A DNA stretch of 64,000 nt. It comes from Clostridia bacterium. Its GTDB lineage: Bacteria > Bacillota > Clostridia > Oscillospirales > CAG-272. Location of the stretch: contig JAFRQK010000035.1 of assembly GCA_017428635.1 (NCBI GenBank), positions 12,632-76,631 of the forward strand. Direction: 5' to 3'. The notes under the pieces are model-generated. The model was not told the origin of the DNA. It saw only the letters and a program-made list of their open reading frames with translations, and made no database searches. Position 1 is the first letter of the stretch. Every line of letters begins with the position of its first letter. Positions 1-10,121 of the stretch are shown in pieces. A program made the position numbers and the translations under genes.

Positions 1-129
1 CTGAACAAGGTCCGCCCGGCGACGGTCGGTCAGGCGTCGCGGATATCGGGCGTCAACCCCGCCGATATCTCCGTCCTCATGATCTGGCTTGCGTCCCTGA
101 AAAACGGAGGGGTGCCCGATGAAGATTGA
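1..129 (+). CDS. mnmG: tRNA uridine 5-carboxymethylaminomethyl modification enzyme MnmG, C-terminal end (partial)
   Basis: Frame 1 reads [26 protein letters not shown]..., the characteristic GidA/MnmG C-terminus; stop TGA at 127-129; directly upstream of rsmG. Confidence 0.9.
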   Translation: MNKVRPATVGQASRISGVNPADISVLMIWLASLKNGGVPDED

Positions 130-910
130 GACTGCCGTCAGCCGCGAAGAATTTGCGGCGGCGTATCTTGACGCGGTCGGGTCGTCGCAGAACGCAAAAG
201 ACGACGGACGGCTGATATCGGATCGTTTTGTCGGGACGGCATACGGGATATACGAAAAACTGATCGAGGGATCGAAAAAGGCGAATCTTACCGCGATCCT
301 GTCGCCCGACGGCGTCGCACAGCGCCATATCCTCGATTCCCTTATACCGTATCTCTTTCTCGAAAAGAGGGAGATCATCAAAGACGGCGTCCGGATCGCG
401 GACGTCGGCTGCGGGGCGGGTTTCCCGACTCTGCCGATCGCCGCTTTCGCCGCGTCGTGCGGTACGTCCCTGTCGGTCACCGCGATCGACTCGACGGCGA
501 AGAAGATCCGGTTTCTCGACTCGACGGCGGAGTCGCTCGGGATCCCCGGGATCGCCGCCGTAACGGGACGCGCGGAAGAACTCGCTCTGCCGGGCGGGGA
601 GTACCGCGAAAAATTCGACGTCACCGTCGCGCGCGCCGTCGCGCCGCTTCACGTTCTGCTCGAGCTGACTGCTCCTTTCGTCAAAAGAGGCGGATTCGTC
701 ACGGCGTACAAGGGACGCGAAGACGAGGAGAAAGACGCCGCGGAAATATCGAAGAAACTGGGGCTCTCGGAGCCCGAAAAGATCGCTTACACGCTCCCGT
801 CGGGCGACGCGCGGACGTTTTTCATCTATGAAAAGACGGGGAATACCCCCGCCGCTTACCCGCGAGCGTACGCGAAAATAATTTCGGAAAAACAAAAAAC
901 CGACGAGTGA
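119..910 (+). CDS. rsmG: 16S rRNA (guanine527-N7)-methyltransferase RsmG
   Basis: [22 protein letters not shown] motif, RAEE, ARAVA; mnmG-rsmG synteny. Confidence 0.95.
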   Translation: MKIETAVSREEFAAAYLDAVGSSQNAKDDGRLISDRFVGTAYGIYEKLIEGSKKANLTAILSPDGVAQRHILDSLIPYLFLEKREIIKDGVRIADVGCGAGFPTLPIAAFAASCGTSLSVTAIDSTAKKIRFLDSTAESLGIPGIAAVTGRAEELALPGGEYREKFDVTVARAVAPLHVLLELTAPFVKRGGFVTAYKGREDEEKDAAEISKKLGLSEPEKIAYTLPSGDARTFFIYEKTGNTPAAYPRAYAKIISEKQKTDE

Positions 911-999
911 TCTTTCAACCTGAAAGCTACTCGCCGGCTTTTTATATTTTTATATAAGTACGATACCGCGCCGATCATGCGCGCCGGACAGCCGACAAA

Positions 1000-1437
1000 T
1001 CAAGCATGTGCGTTATCAAACAGCTTTTGAATATCAGGCGGAAGTTTGTCGGGGATCATTTCACGCAGTCTGTCCTCGTTTCCGTCACGGATCGCGGTAT
1101 CATAGTACCAGCACTTGAATTTCAACATATCAAGAGCTTTTTTGAGCTTCGCCAGTTCCGCTTCGATGACCGCTTTCCTTGCCTCGATCAGCGCCTTGCG
1201 GTCGGAGTAGGACGACGGTCCCTCCGCGGCCCAGATCATAAACTGCTTGATATCTTTGATCTCAAGACCGGATTTTTTCAGGCATTCGATCAAGCGCAGC
1301 GCTTCCAATTCCCGATCGCTGAATCTGCGTATCCCGGACTTTCGTTCCAATTCGGGGAAAAGACCTTCTTTATCATAATAACGGAGAGTAGAAATCGGAA
1401 GATCAAACATTTCGGACACTTGACCGATCGTATACAT
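1000..1437 (-). CDS. MerR-family regulator (AdhR/NmlR-like)
   Basis: MYTIGQVSEMFDLPISTLRYYDKEGL MerR HTH; Cys in IECLKKSG; GGAGG upstream of ATG 1437. Confidence 0.9.
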   Translation of the reverse strand: MYTIGQVSEMFDLPISTLRYYDKEGLFPELERKSGIRRFSDRELEALRLIECLKKSGLEIKDIKQFMIWAAEGPSSYSDRKALIEARKAVIEAELAKLKKALDMLKFKCWYYDTAIRDGNEDRLREMIPDKLPPDIQKLFDNAHA

Positions 1438-1465
1438 AAAAAATTCCTCCAATTTGAAAAAATCC

Positions 1466-1496
1466 TTGACATAAAGTCAGGTTTAGGTATTACAAT
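1466..1496 (+). promoter_or_regulatory. MerR-type promoter/operator for the dehydrogenase-flavodoxin operon
   Basis: TTGACA-19 bp-TACAAT with an imperfect dyad (CATAAAG..GTTTAGG) in the spacer; a long spacer is typical of MerR targets. Confidence 0.75.
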
Positions 1497-1584
1497 GAGA
1501 TTGTAACACGGAAATCGAGGAAAAGCAACCCCGTTTTCGGGATTTTTCTTTACTTGAATTTTTATATTTACGGAGGAACAGACC

Positions 1585-2751
1585 ATGCTCGGAAATTTCA
1601 GTTACAAAAACGCGACGAAACTTTACTTCGGGGAGGATTCTTTGAAGTATCTGAACGACGAGTTGCCGAAATACGGAAAGAACGTCGTTTTCATTTACGG
1701 AGGCGGTTCGATAAAGAAAAACGGGATATACGACGAGGTGAAAAAGATCCTCTCTGAAAACGGCAAGAACGTCGTCGAGGACACCGGGGTAATGCCGAAT
1801 CCCACTTCCGACAAGCTGCGCGAGGGCGTGAAGATCGCGCGCGAGCACAAAGCGGATCTTCTTCTCGCGGTCGGCGGCGGATCGTGCTGCGACTACGCGA
1901 AGGCGGTGTCGGTTTCGGTCAATTGCGGGGAGGATCCGTGGGAGAAATACTTCGTTCGTTTCGACGAGCCGACGTGCGAGATCGTTCCCGTCGGGTGCGT
2001 TCTGACGATGGCGGGAACGGGCTCCGAGATGAACGCCGGGGCCGTGATCACCGACCGCGAAACGCGTCAGAAGACGGGTCACGTTTTCGGCGACGAAGTA
2101 ATGCCTAAATTTTCGATCCTCAACCCGCGCTTCACGATGAGTCTCCCGAAACGTCAGATGGTCGCGGGCATTTACGATATATTCAATCATATCTGCGAGC
2201 AGTATTTTTCCGGTGAAGACGATAACGTGAGCGACCGTCTTGCCGAAGCGCTGATGAAATCGGTGATAAGGGATTCGCTTGTCGCGGTCGAGGACCCGTA
2301 TAACTACGAAGCGAGATCCAACGTTATGTGGGCGGCGACGTGGGCGTTGAATACGCTGATCTCGTGCGGAAAGACGACCGACTGGATGGTACATATGCTC
2401 GGTCAGGCCGCCGGAGGCTTTACCGACGCGACGCACGGAATGACGCTCGCGGCGGTCTCGCTGCCGTATTACAGATACGTTATGCCGTACGGTCTTCGAA
2501 AGTTCAGAAGATTCGCCGTTGAAGTCTGGGGCGTCGAAGAGAAAGGAAAGACGGACGAGCAGATCGCAAGCGATGGACTTGACGCGATGGCGGAGTGGAT
2601 GAGAACGATCGGCGTGACGATGAGTCTTTCCGAACTCGGCGTGACCGACGACATGATCGAGGGGATCGCGGACGCGACGTTTATTCTGGACGGCGGATAC
2701 AAGATCCTGACTCACGACGAGGTCGTCGCGATCCTGAGGGACAGTCTGTAA
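1585..2751 (+). CDS. Iron-containing alcohol dehydrogenase (BdhA/YqhD-like)
   Basis: GGGSIKKNG, AVGGGS, GTGSE, DIFNH, HMLGQ and HG metal ligands. Confidence 0.92.
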   Translation: MLGNFSYKNATKLYFGEDSLKYLNDELPKYGKNVVFIYGGGSIKKNGIYDEVKKILSENGKNVVEDTGVMPNPTSDKLREGVKIAREHKADLLLAVGGGSCCDYAKAVSVSVNCGEDPWEKYFVRFDEPTCEIVPVGCVLTMAGTGSEMNAGAVITDRETRQKTGHVFGDEVMPKFSILNPRFTMSLPKRQMVAGIYDIFNHICEQYFSGEDDNVSDRLAEALMKSVIRDSLVAVEDPYNYEARSNVMWAATWALNTLISCGKTTDWMVHMLGQAAGGFTDATHGMTLAAVSLPYYRYVMPYGLRKFRRFAVEVWGVEEKGKTDEQIASDGLDAMAEWMRTIGVTMSLSELGVTDDMIEGIADATFILDGGYKILTHDEVVAILRDSL

Positions 2752-2768
2752 AGAAAGGAGAAAATCAA

Positions 2769-3290
2769 ATGACGAAAATACTGATTGCGTTCTTTTCAAG
2801 AGCGGACGAAAACTACTTCGGCGGCGCCATGCGTTACGTAAAGGTCGGAAACACCGAGATCGTGTGCGGCATTATCAAAGATCTGATCGACGCGGATACG
2901 TTCAGGATCGAAATGAAGGATCCGTATTCACCGTCCTATGCGGTCTGTATCGAGGAAGCGAAGAAGGATCTTCGCGAGGGGGCAAGACCGGAGCTGGTCC
3001 GTTATCCCGACGGCGTCGACGGATACGATACCGTCATTCTCGCGTACCCGAATTACTGGGGAACGATACCGATGGCGGTGGCGACGTTTCTTGAGAAGTT
3101 CGACTTCACGGGCAAGAGGATCCTTCCGCTCTGCACCAACGAGGGCAGCGGGATGGGCTCAAGCGAGCGAACGATCCGTCAGTGCGCGCCCGGCGCGGAA
3201 GTCGGAAACGGGCTTTCCGTTATCGGGAGCGGCGCCGCGGACTCCTCGCCGGACGTCAAACGGTGGCTGATCTCTAACGGACTTTTATGA
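2769..3290 (+). CDS. Flavodoxin
   Basis: ILIAFFSRA...GNT, YPNYWGTIP, CTNEGSGMG; AAGGAG RBS before ATG 2769. Confidence 0.88.
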   Translation: MTKILIAFFSRADENYFGGAMRYVKVGNTEIVCGIIKDLIDADTFRIEMKDPYSPSYAVCIEEAKKDLREGARPELVRYPDGVDGYDTVILAYPNYWGTIPMAVATFLEKFDFTGKRILPLCTNEGSGMGSSERTIRQCAPGAEVGNGLSVIGSGAADSSPDVKRWLISNGLL

Positions 3291-3370
3291 GTCGGGCGTC
3301 CTTTCAGATATCCGGCAATAGATCGGCACAAAGCGATCGGAGGATCGCGCAGACGATTATCGGAGGAAAA

Positions 3371-5656
3371 ATGGCAAGAAAAGTATTATCTTTGTTTATA
3401 TCGTTGTTATTTATGCTGTCTGCGGCGCACGCCGTTCTCGGAGACGGCGCCGCGGCGTCCTTTTCGGACGTCGACCCGAACGCATGGTATGCGGAATACG
3501 TAGAAGACGTATGCAGCCTCGGGATAATGACCGGCAAAGGCGGAGGAAAATTTGACCCCGAAGGCAACGTGACCCGCGCGGAGTTCGTGACTGTTCTCAA
3601 ACGGATCTCCGGCGACGCGGACGAAGTCGGCGCGTCGTCGTTTTCCGACGTTGCCGGTACGGACTGGTTTTATCCGTACGTGATCTGGGCGGCTGACAAG
3701 GGGATCGTGACGGGATACCCCGGCGGCGCGTTTTTGCCGAACGCGCGGATCCTTCGCTCGGAGATGGCGGCGATACTCGCCCGCTATATCCGGCTCACGG
3801 GATGCCGCGTCACGGAAGACCCCGACGCGGTCGCGAGTTTTCCCGACGTGCCTGCCGACGCGTGGTACGCCGCGGATCTTGAGGTGATGAGGACGACCGG
3901 ACTTCTGAGGGGCGACGCCGCGGGGCGTTTCCTGCCGGGCAATACCGCAACGCGCGCGGAAGCTGCGACGCTGTTCAAACGGTTTTACGATATGATCTCC
4001 GCGGAGGACCCGTACGAGAAACTGCTCGGCACGGTGCGCCTTGAAACAGAGACCGGACGCGACGTCGAGTCGAAAGAAGTGTATATAGGCACCTCGTTTT
4101 CGCTGACCGCGCCCGACGGACGCGAGATAGCCTACGACGAGATCAGTATCAGGGGACGCGGACAAGCGAGCTGGGGGCTCGAGAAAAAGCCATATAAGCT
4201 GAAGTTCCCCGAAAAGGTATGTCTTATGGACGAGAACGGAAGCGGGACGAAGGCGAAAGACTGGACGCTTATCCCCTGCCACTCGGACAAGAGCCTGATC
4301 AGGAATTATCTCGGATTCAAACTGGCGGGGACGCTTGACGGGATCGAGTGGACGCCGTATGGAGAACTCGTCCACGTATATCTCAACGGCGAGTACAGAG
4401 GCGTTTATCTTCTGTCGGAGCACGTCGAGGTCGCGAAGGGCAGAGTCGACATCAAGGACGGAACGAAGGACAATATCGGTTTCCTCATCGAGTACGACTC
4501 GTGGGCGACGGGAGAGTACAATACCGACTTTTTCTCCGTCGCGGGGATCAAATACTCGGTGCAGAGCGATTTCGGAAACGTCGACCAGGTGATCGCGATG
4601 AAGTGCCACCTGGAGACGGTATACAACGCCGTGCTGGAGGGAGACCTTGAGAAGGTCGAACAGTACGTCGATCTGGCGTCGGCTGTCGATATATACCTTA
4701 TCAACGAGATATACAGAAACAACGACGTCGACTGGTCGTCGTTCTTCATGTATTTCAAGGAGCCGCAGGGAAAACTCTATTTCGGTCCCGTATGGGATCT
4801 GAATCTCGCATTCGGCAACTCGTCCGAGCAGACGTCGACGTCGGGTCTCGCCGTCGGTCATATCATCTCGACGTCGGGCAAGTACAAGGGCGTCAGGAAC
4901 ACTTGGCTGGCCGCGTTCCTGTCCAACGACTGGTTCCGCCGGATGGCGGCGGAAAGATGGGAACAGATCAGGGACACCCTGAAAGAGACCGCCTCGGAAC
5001 AAATCGCCTTCGTCAAGTCGAGGATCGGGGATCTTGAGAAAAACTTCGAGGTCTGGGACATCCTGAACGTGGCGCTCGGGCAGGAGCCCGAGGCGACTCT
5101 CCGCTGCAATTCATGTCTTGAAAACGTCGAATACGTCGAGAACTGGCTGAAGGCGAGGATCGAATGGCTCGACGGATACTATTTGTCGCCCGCGTTCGGC
5201 GCGGACTATCCCGCCGACAAGACGAAGAACGGCTCCGCCGCGATCGGCAACACCGTGCCCGTCGGAACGCACGACGCGTGGGTGATCCCCGACTGGTTCG
5301 GAGGAGACAAGCAGGTACAGTTCATCGTCGACAACATTGAGGAGTTGTGCGGCATTACGCGCGGACGCATCGAGGTCCGGCTCGGCGGTTACGCGACGAT
5401 GACGCAGAAAAACGTCAGCAAGGTGCTCGTTGAGGAGTGCCTGAAATACGATCCCGCGAAATACGAAGTGTTCTTCGACGATGACGAATTTGAGGATGCG
5501 AGGGAACAGTACCACGGACTCGGGAACGGCCAGTCGATAATCTTCGAGTTCAGAACAGGCGTCAGGGACCTTGAGACCGGAGAAGAGTCGACGATGGTGA
5601 AAGTCAAATACACTTTTGTTAAAGACCTGTCCCTAAACGAAAAGTTCGGAGAATAA
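3371..5656 (+). CDS. Secreted S-layer homology (3x SLH) protein with CotH kinase domain
   Basis: Signal peptide; FSDV...WY and TRAE SLH repeats; RGRGQASW, KKPYKLKF, YRGVYLLSE, NNDVD, GPVWDLN CotH motifs. Confidence 0.88.
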   Translation: MARKVLSLFISLLFMLSAAHAVLGDGAAASFSDVDPNAWYAEYVEDVCSLGIMTGKGGGKFDPEGNVTRAEFVTVLKRISGDADEVGASSFSDVAGTDWFYPYVIWAADKGIVTGYPGGAFLPNARILRSEMAAILARYIRLTGCRVTEDPDAVASFPDVPADAWYAADLEVMRTTGLLRGDAAGRFLPGNTATRAEAATLFKRFYDMISAEDPYEKLLGTVRLETETGRDVESKEVYIGTSFSLTAPDGREIAYDEISIRGRGQASWGLEKKPYKLKFPEKVCLMDENGSGTKAKDWTLIPCHSDKSLIRNYLGFKLAGTLDGIEWTPYGELVHVYLNGEYRGVYLLSEHVEVAKGRVDIKDGTKDNIGFLIEYDSWATGEYNTDFFSVAGIKYSVQSDFGNVDQVIAMKCHLETVYNAVLEGDLEKVEQYVDLASAVDIYLINEIYRNNDVDWSSFFMYFKEPQGKLYFGPVWDLNLAFGNSSEQTSTSGLAVGHIISTSGKYKGVRNTWLAAFLSNDWFRRMAAERWEQIRDTLKETASEQIAFVKSRIGDLEKNFEVWDILNVALGQEPEATLRCNSCLENVEYVENWLKARIEWLDGYYLSPAFGADYPADKTKNGSAAIGNTVPVGTHDAWVIPDWFGGDKQVQFIVDNIEELCGITRGRIEVRLGGYATMTQKNVSKVLVEECLKYDPAKYEVFFDDDEFEDAREQYHGLGNGQSIIFEFRTGVRDLETGEESTMVKVKYTFVKDLSLNEKFGE

Positions 5657-5701
5657 AAAAAAGACCGTCCCGGTCGGCGTCACCGACCGGGACGGGTTTT
5701 T
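5657..5701. terminator. Bidirectional rho-independent terminator
   Basis: CCGTCCCGGTCGG/CCGACCGGGACGG stem flanked by A and T runs, between convergent genes. Confidence 0.8.
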
Positions 5702-5706
5702 GCGTT

Positions 5707-6267
5707 TTACCAAATAGGATTTCCGTCTTTATCAAAGATAGGAAGCGGTTCGAGATATATCAGATCGTCCCTGTTCCGTGCGTCGCCCTCGGCGAGGATC
5801 GCCATTTTGCCGACGATGTTTCCTCCTGCTTCCTTTACGAGGTGTTCGAGCGCGGCGAGGCTCTTGCCGGTCGAAATGACGTCGTCGACGATCAGGATCC
5901 TCTTGCCCTTCATCTCGTCCGCGTCCGCCCGGTCGAGGTAGAGTTTCTGATCGCCGTCAGTCGTGATGGAGCGGACGTCGACTTCAAAGACCTCCTGCAT
6001 ATAGAGTTTCGCTTTCTTTCTCGCGATGAAATATTTGCGGTTGCCCATCAGACGCGCCATCTCGTGAGCGAGCGGGATGCCCTTCGCCTCGGCGGTGATT
6101 ATGTAGTCGTGCTCCGGAGCGCGCTCGATGAGCGCCTTCGCGGCGGCCGTGGTGAGTTCGGGATCGCCGAAGATCACGAACGCGCCGATGTACAGATCCT
6201 CGTTCAGCGGGCAAAGGGGAAGAGCGCGCTCGCAGCCCGCAATGTTCATTTTATAAGATTTTTTCAT
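5707..6267 (-). CDS. apt: Adenine/purine phosphoribosyltransferase
   Basis: TAEAKGIP, ARKK, ILIVDDVISTG PRPP-binding motif. Confidence 0.8.
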   Translation of the reverse strand: MKKSYKMNIAGCERALPLCPLNEDLYIGAFVIFGDPELTTAAAKALIERAPEHDYIITAEAKGIPLAHEMARLMGNRKYFIARKKAKLYMQEVFEVDVRSITTDGDQKLYLDRADADEMKGKRILIVDDVISTGKSLAALEHLVKEAGGNIVGKMAILAEGDARNRDDLIYLEPLPIFDKDGNPIW

Positions 6268-6278
6268 TTTTCGTCTCC

Positions 6279-8717
6279 TTATTTCGATCTGACCTCTGCG
6301 CCCAACACGTGAGCGATCTTGCGCATCACGGAGTCCGCGACGCTCTCGATCTCGGCGCCTGTCAGAGTTTTTTCGTTCGATCCTATGACGAGTCTGACCG
6401 TGACTGACTTCTTTCCGTCCGGTATCTGACGTCCCCTGTATTCGTCGACGAAGAGAACGTCTTTCAGGAGCGATCCCTCCGCTCCCTTTCCGAGGATCGC
6501 AGACTTCATATCATCCCACTTGACGGAGCCGTCGACGAGGAACGAGATGTCGAAGGTGTTCTCCGGAAATTCGGAGATATGCTCGTAGCAATTCGTTCTC
6601 GATCTGAAGGGGACGAGAGAGTCGAGATCGATCTCTGCGAGAGCCGCGGTCAGTACCTTGATGCCGCATCCCTGCGCCGCTTTCCTCGAGATCAGTCCGA
6701 GGTCGCCGATCTTCTTCCCGCCGAGGCATATATTCAGCCACGCGGCGTCATCGGCCCAGTACGGCTTCTCGATGCGCTCAAAGGCGAGGGGCTCCTGGTG
6801 AGTGTATCTCGGCATCGAACCGATGATACCCTTCGCCTGTCTGAACAATTCCTCGGCTTTCTCCGGACTTCCCGCGACGGCGAACCCGAGACGCCTTTCC
6901 TGACGCGGGAGCTCCTCGTTCGGATAGACCGACGTGTAGTCGCGATCGATGAAGACCTTCGCCTCCTCGAAGATGCCGAAGGAATCGTAGTTGTGTTCGT
7001 TCTTCACTATGGCGCGGCAGATATTCGGGATCATGGACGAGCGCAGGTACTTCTCCTCCGGAGACGGAGGGGTCGAGAGCGCGAGCACGCCGTCGGCGGA
7101 CGGGAGAGTCGCGTCAACAAACTCTTCGCTCATCCACGGATAGGTGAATATCTCCTGCATATCGCATCTGAAAGCGAGGTATTCCTTGACTTTTCTGACG
7201 AGATCCTCGTCCAGCTGGTTGATCGCTCCCTCGAAGGAAGCGGTGATCGTCGTTGCCTCGAAGTTGTCGTAGCCGTACATACGGGCGACCTCTTCCATGA
7301 TGTCGGCTTTTATGCCGACGTCGCCCGTGGAACGCCAGGTCGGAACGACGACGTGCATCTCGTCGTCCGAGTACGAGACCTCGAAGCCCATGATTCCGAG
7401 TTTGCGCTCGACGATCTCTTTCGGGATCCTCATGCCGAGACGGCGGTCGAGCCATTCGAGCGGAACGTCGATCTCTTTTCTCTCAAGATGCTCAGGATAG
7501 CAGTCCGTGAACGCCGTGACTTTCATGTCGGGGTAAAGTTCTTTGAATAATTTCAACGCGAGGGAAAGCGCCTGATCGCATCTCTCGGGATCTATCGCTT
7601 TCTCGTATCTCGCCGAGGATTCCGTTCTGTTGTCGTATCGGATCGCCGTGCGGCGGACCCCCCGGGCGTCGAAGTTTGCGACCTCGAGGATCACGTCCTT
7701 CGTGTCGGGAAGCACGGAGTCCTTAGCTCCTCCCATGACTCCTGCGAGCGCGACTGCTTCTTGTTCGTCGGCGATGACGAGGTCGTCGGCAGTGAGCTTC
7801 AGTTCCTTATCGTTGAGGAGCCTGAGAGTTTCTCCGTCCTTCGCCCTTCTGACCTCGATGTGACCCTTTATCATGTCGGCGTCGAAAACGTGAGTCGGCT
7901 GACCGACCGCGAGCATTACGTAGTTCGTCACGTCGACGAGGGCGTTGATCGGACGGAGCCCCACCTTCCAGAGGCGGCTCCTCATCTCGAACGGGGCGTC
8001 CTTGACGCACAGCCCTTCGATCCTGCTTCCGATGTATCTCGGGCATCGCTTCGTATCAAGTATACGGACGTCGAAGGGGGTCTCTGTCTCGGGAACGCAG
8101 GCGGGGATCGGCTTCAGGGGCAGATCGTAGAGCGCCGCAAGTTCGCGCGCTATGCCGTAGTGGCCCCAGAGGTCGGGACGATTGGTCATCGATTTGTTGT
8201 CTATCTCAAGGATGTAGTCGTCAAGTCCGAGGGCTAGAGAGAGAGGAGTGCCCGCGGCAGCGTCGAAGGAGGAGAGATCCATTATCTCGTGCTCCTCTGC
8301 CGCCGGAAACAGTCCGTCCATGCCGACCTCGACCGACGCGCAGATCATTCCGAAGGACTCCGCTCCGCGGAGCGTCGCGTTCTTGATCTCGACGGGTTCG
8401 CCTTCCCCGTGCCATCGCACGAAAGCGCCCGGGGTCGCGACGACGACTTTCATCCCGGCCTCGAGGTTGCTCCCTCCGCAGACGATATCCTTTATCTCAC
8501 TGCCGATATCCACTCGGCAGATACGGAGTTTGTCGGCGTTCGGATGCGGGAGGACTTCCTCGATCACGCCTACGATCATTCCGTCATAGCGGCGCGCGAG
8601 TTCCTCCATGCCCTCGACCTCGACGGTAGACATTGTGAGATCGTAAGCGAGGCGCTTCAGGTCGAGCTCTGCGGGGAGATCGACGAAATCTTTTATCCAG
8701 TTGAGTGATAGCTTCAT
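6279..8717 (-). CDS. pheT: Phenylalanine-tRNA ligase beta subunit
   Basis: HPNADKL OB fold, NRPDL, ALAGVMGG, DIMEEVARMYGY, C-terminal FDX-ACB; follows pheS. Confidence 0.95.
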   Translation of the reverse strand: MKLSLNWIKDFVDLPAELDLKRLAYDLTMSTVEVEGMEELARRYDGMIVGVIEEVLPHPNADKLRICRVDIGSEIKDIVCGGSNLEAGMKVVVATPGAFVRWHGEGEPVEIKNATLRGAESFGMICASVEVGMDGLFPAAEEHEIMDLSSFDAAAGTPLSLALGLDDYILEIDNKSMTNRPDLWGHYGIARELAALYDLPLKPIPACVPETETPFDVRILDTKRCPRYIGSRIEGLCVKDAPFEMRSRLWKVGLRPINALVDVTNYVMLAVGQPTHVFDADMIKGHIEVRRAKDGETLRLLNDKELKLTADDLVIADEQEAVALAGVMGGAKDSVLPDTKDVILEVANFDARGVRRTAIRYDNRTESSARYEKAIDPERCDQALSLALKLFKELYPDMKVTAFTDCYPEHLERKEIDVPLEWLDRRLGMRIPKEIVERKLGIMGFEVSYSDDEMHVVVPTWRSTGDVGIKADIMEEVARMYGYDNFEATTITASFEGAINQLDEDLVRKVKEYLAFRCDMQEIFTYPWMSEEFVDATLPSADGVLALSTPPSPEEKYLRSSMIPNICRAIVKNEHNYDSFGIFEEAKVFIDRDYTSVYPNEELPRQERRLGFAVAGSPEKAEELFRQAKGIIGSMPRYTHQEPLAFERIEKPYWADDAAWLNICLGGKKIGDLGLISRKAAQGCGIKVLTAALAEIDLDSLVPFRSRTNCYEHISEFPENTFDISFLVDGSVKWDDMKSAILGKGAEGSLLKDVLFVDEYRGRQIPDGKKSVTVRLVIGSNEKTLTGAEIESVADSVMRKIAHVLGAEVRSK

Positions 8718-8732
8718 CGTTTCATCCTCCTC

Positions 8733-9767
8733 TCAGCAGAACTGTTTCAGGAATTTGAGGTCGGTGCTGTGGAACAGTCTGACGTCGTCGATGCCGTAGC
8801 GCATCATGACGAGACGGTCGAGACCGACGTTTACGTAAAAACCGGTGTACTCGTCGGGATCGAGCCCCGCTGCGCGGAGCACGTTCGGATGCGGGGTGCC
8901 GCCGGGCATTATCTCGATCCAACCCACGTGTTTGCAGACGCTGCAGCCTTGCCCGCCGCAGATCTGGCATCCCATATCTATCTCGAATCCGGGCTCGACG
9001 AAGGGAAAGAAGCCCGCTCTCATTCTGACCGGAACGTCTTTGCCGAACACCTTTGAAAGGATCGATTTTATCATGACCTTCCCGGCAGTAAAAGTGAATT
9101 CTTTATCGACGACCAGAGCCTCATACTGGAAGAATGCGCGCTCGTGGTGGCTGTCCGTCGTTTCGTTCCTGTAGACCCTTCCGGGATAGACGAAGCGGTA
9201 GGGCGGTTTGTGGGTCTGCATATAGCGAACGCTGTCGCCTGTCAGGTGAGGACGCAGGCAGAGCTTATCGGAAGCGGTCCCCGTGTCGTGACCCTCGATC
9301 CAGTAGGTATCCATGCTCTCCCTTGCGGGATGGTTCGGAGGAAAGTTGAGGTTGTCGAAGGCGTAGTATTCGCTCGTTATCTCGGGGCCGCCGAATATCT
9401 CGAAGCCCATTGAACGGAAAGCGTCGTTGAGGTCGTAGCACATCTGCGTGATCGGGTGAAGTCCGCCGCTCCCCGGAGCGAAACCGGGCAAAGTATAGTC
9501 GAAGTCGGGCGATACGCCGAATGCCGCCTCCTCGGCTTCCTCTTTTTTCTTCTGCAGCATTTCCTCGATCTCGGCTCTTACCTTGTTGGCAAACTGACCG
9601 ATGACCGGTCTTTGTTCGGGAGAGAGATTTCCCATTCCGCGAAGTACGGCGGTAAGTTCTCCCTTCTTGCCCAGGTACTTGATCCTGAACGCTTCGAGGT
9701 CGACGCCCGCCTGTGAAAGCGCTTCCGTCGCCTCCGCGCGGATCTTTTCAAGAATTTCCTTCATCAT
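8733..9767 (-). CDS. pheS: Phenylalanine-tRNA ligase alpha subunit (divergent active site)
   Basis: LGKKGELT, HPAR, GRVYRNE, FPFVEP, HPNVL, GLDRLVM; Phe T-box upstream. Confidence 0.93.
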   Translation of the reverse strand: MMKEILEKIRAEATEALSQAGVDLEAFRIKYLGKKGELTAVLRGMGNLSPEQRPVIGQFANKVRAEIEEMLQKKKEEAEEAAFGVSPDFDYTLPGFAPGSGGLHPITQMCYDLNDAFRSMGFEIFGGPEITSEYYAFDNLNFPPNHPARESMDTYWIEGHDTGTASDKLCLRPHLTGDSVRYMQTHKPPYRFVYPGRVYRNETTDSHHERAFFQYEALVVDKEFTFTAGKVMIKSILSKVFGKDVPVRMRAGFFPFVEPGFEIDMGCQICGGQGCSVCKHVGWIEIMPGGTPHPNVLRAAGLDPDEYTGFYVNVGLDRLVMMRYGIDDVRLFHSTDLKFLKQFC

Positions 9768-9804
9768 TGTCTCCTGTATCGTAAAAAAATAATTTCACCC
9801 GGTC

Positions 9805-10035
9805 AAAAAAGCCCCGTCCTCAACGGGACGGGGCTCAATGCTCCGCGGTACCACCCGAGTTCCGATTTTTCGATCGGCTCTCTTCATCGCTGTAACGGGC
9901 GACCCGCGCCGGCCTACTGTTTTCAACCGGCGTGCTCGGAAGTGAAATGCCGCGCCGGACCACGAAGCCCCTCCCAGCCGCGGGGGCTCTCTCTTTGCGT
10001 GCTTTTTCCGGCGAAGCCGTCTTCGTCTTCGCATC
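9805..10035 (-). ncRNA. T-box riboswitch, Phe specifier
   Basis: Minus strand: AGAGAG and GCTG boxes, specifier TTC (9946-9944), T-box GGGTGGTACCGCG (~9856-9844), terminator GCCCCGTCC..GGACGGGGC-TTTTTT. Confidence 0.92.
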
Positions 10036-10121
10036 TTCGTTTATTTTAACAGAAGATATTTGTCTTGTCAAGACCGCCGCGCGGGTGCTATAATATCAAT
10101 TGTAAAAAAGGGAGTGAGAAA

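Noticed and set aside
3407-5002. Long antisense ORFs (also 1483-2799, 20190-21632, 30967-32400, 48812-50539, 55962-57506)
   Set aside because: Shadows of real genes caused by high GC and codon bias; no recognisable motifs
8925-8970. CxxC...CxxC insert in PheS
   Set aside because: Normal for Firmicute PheS
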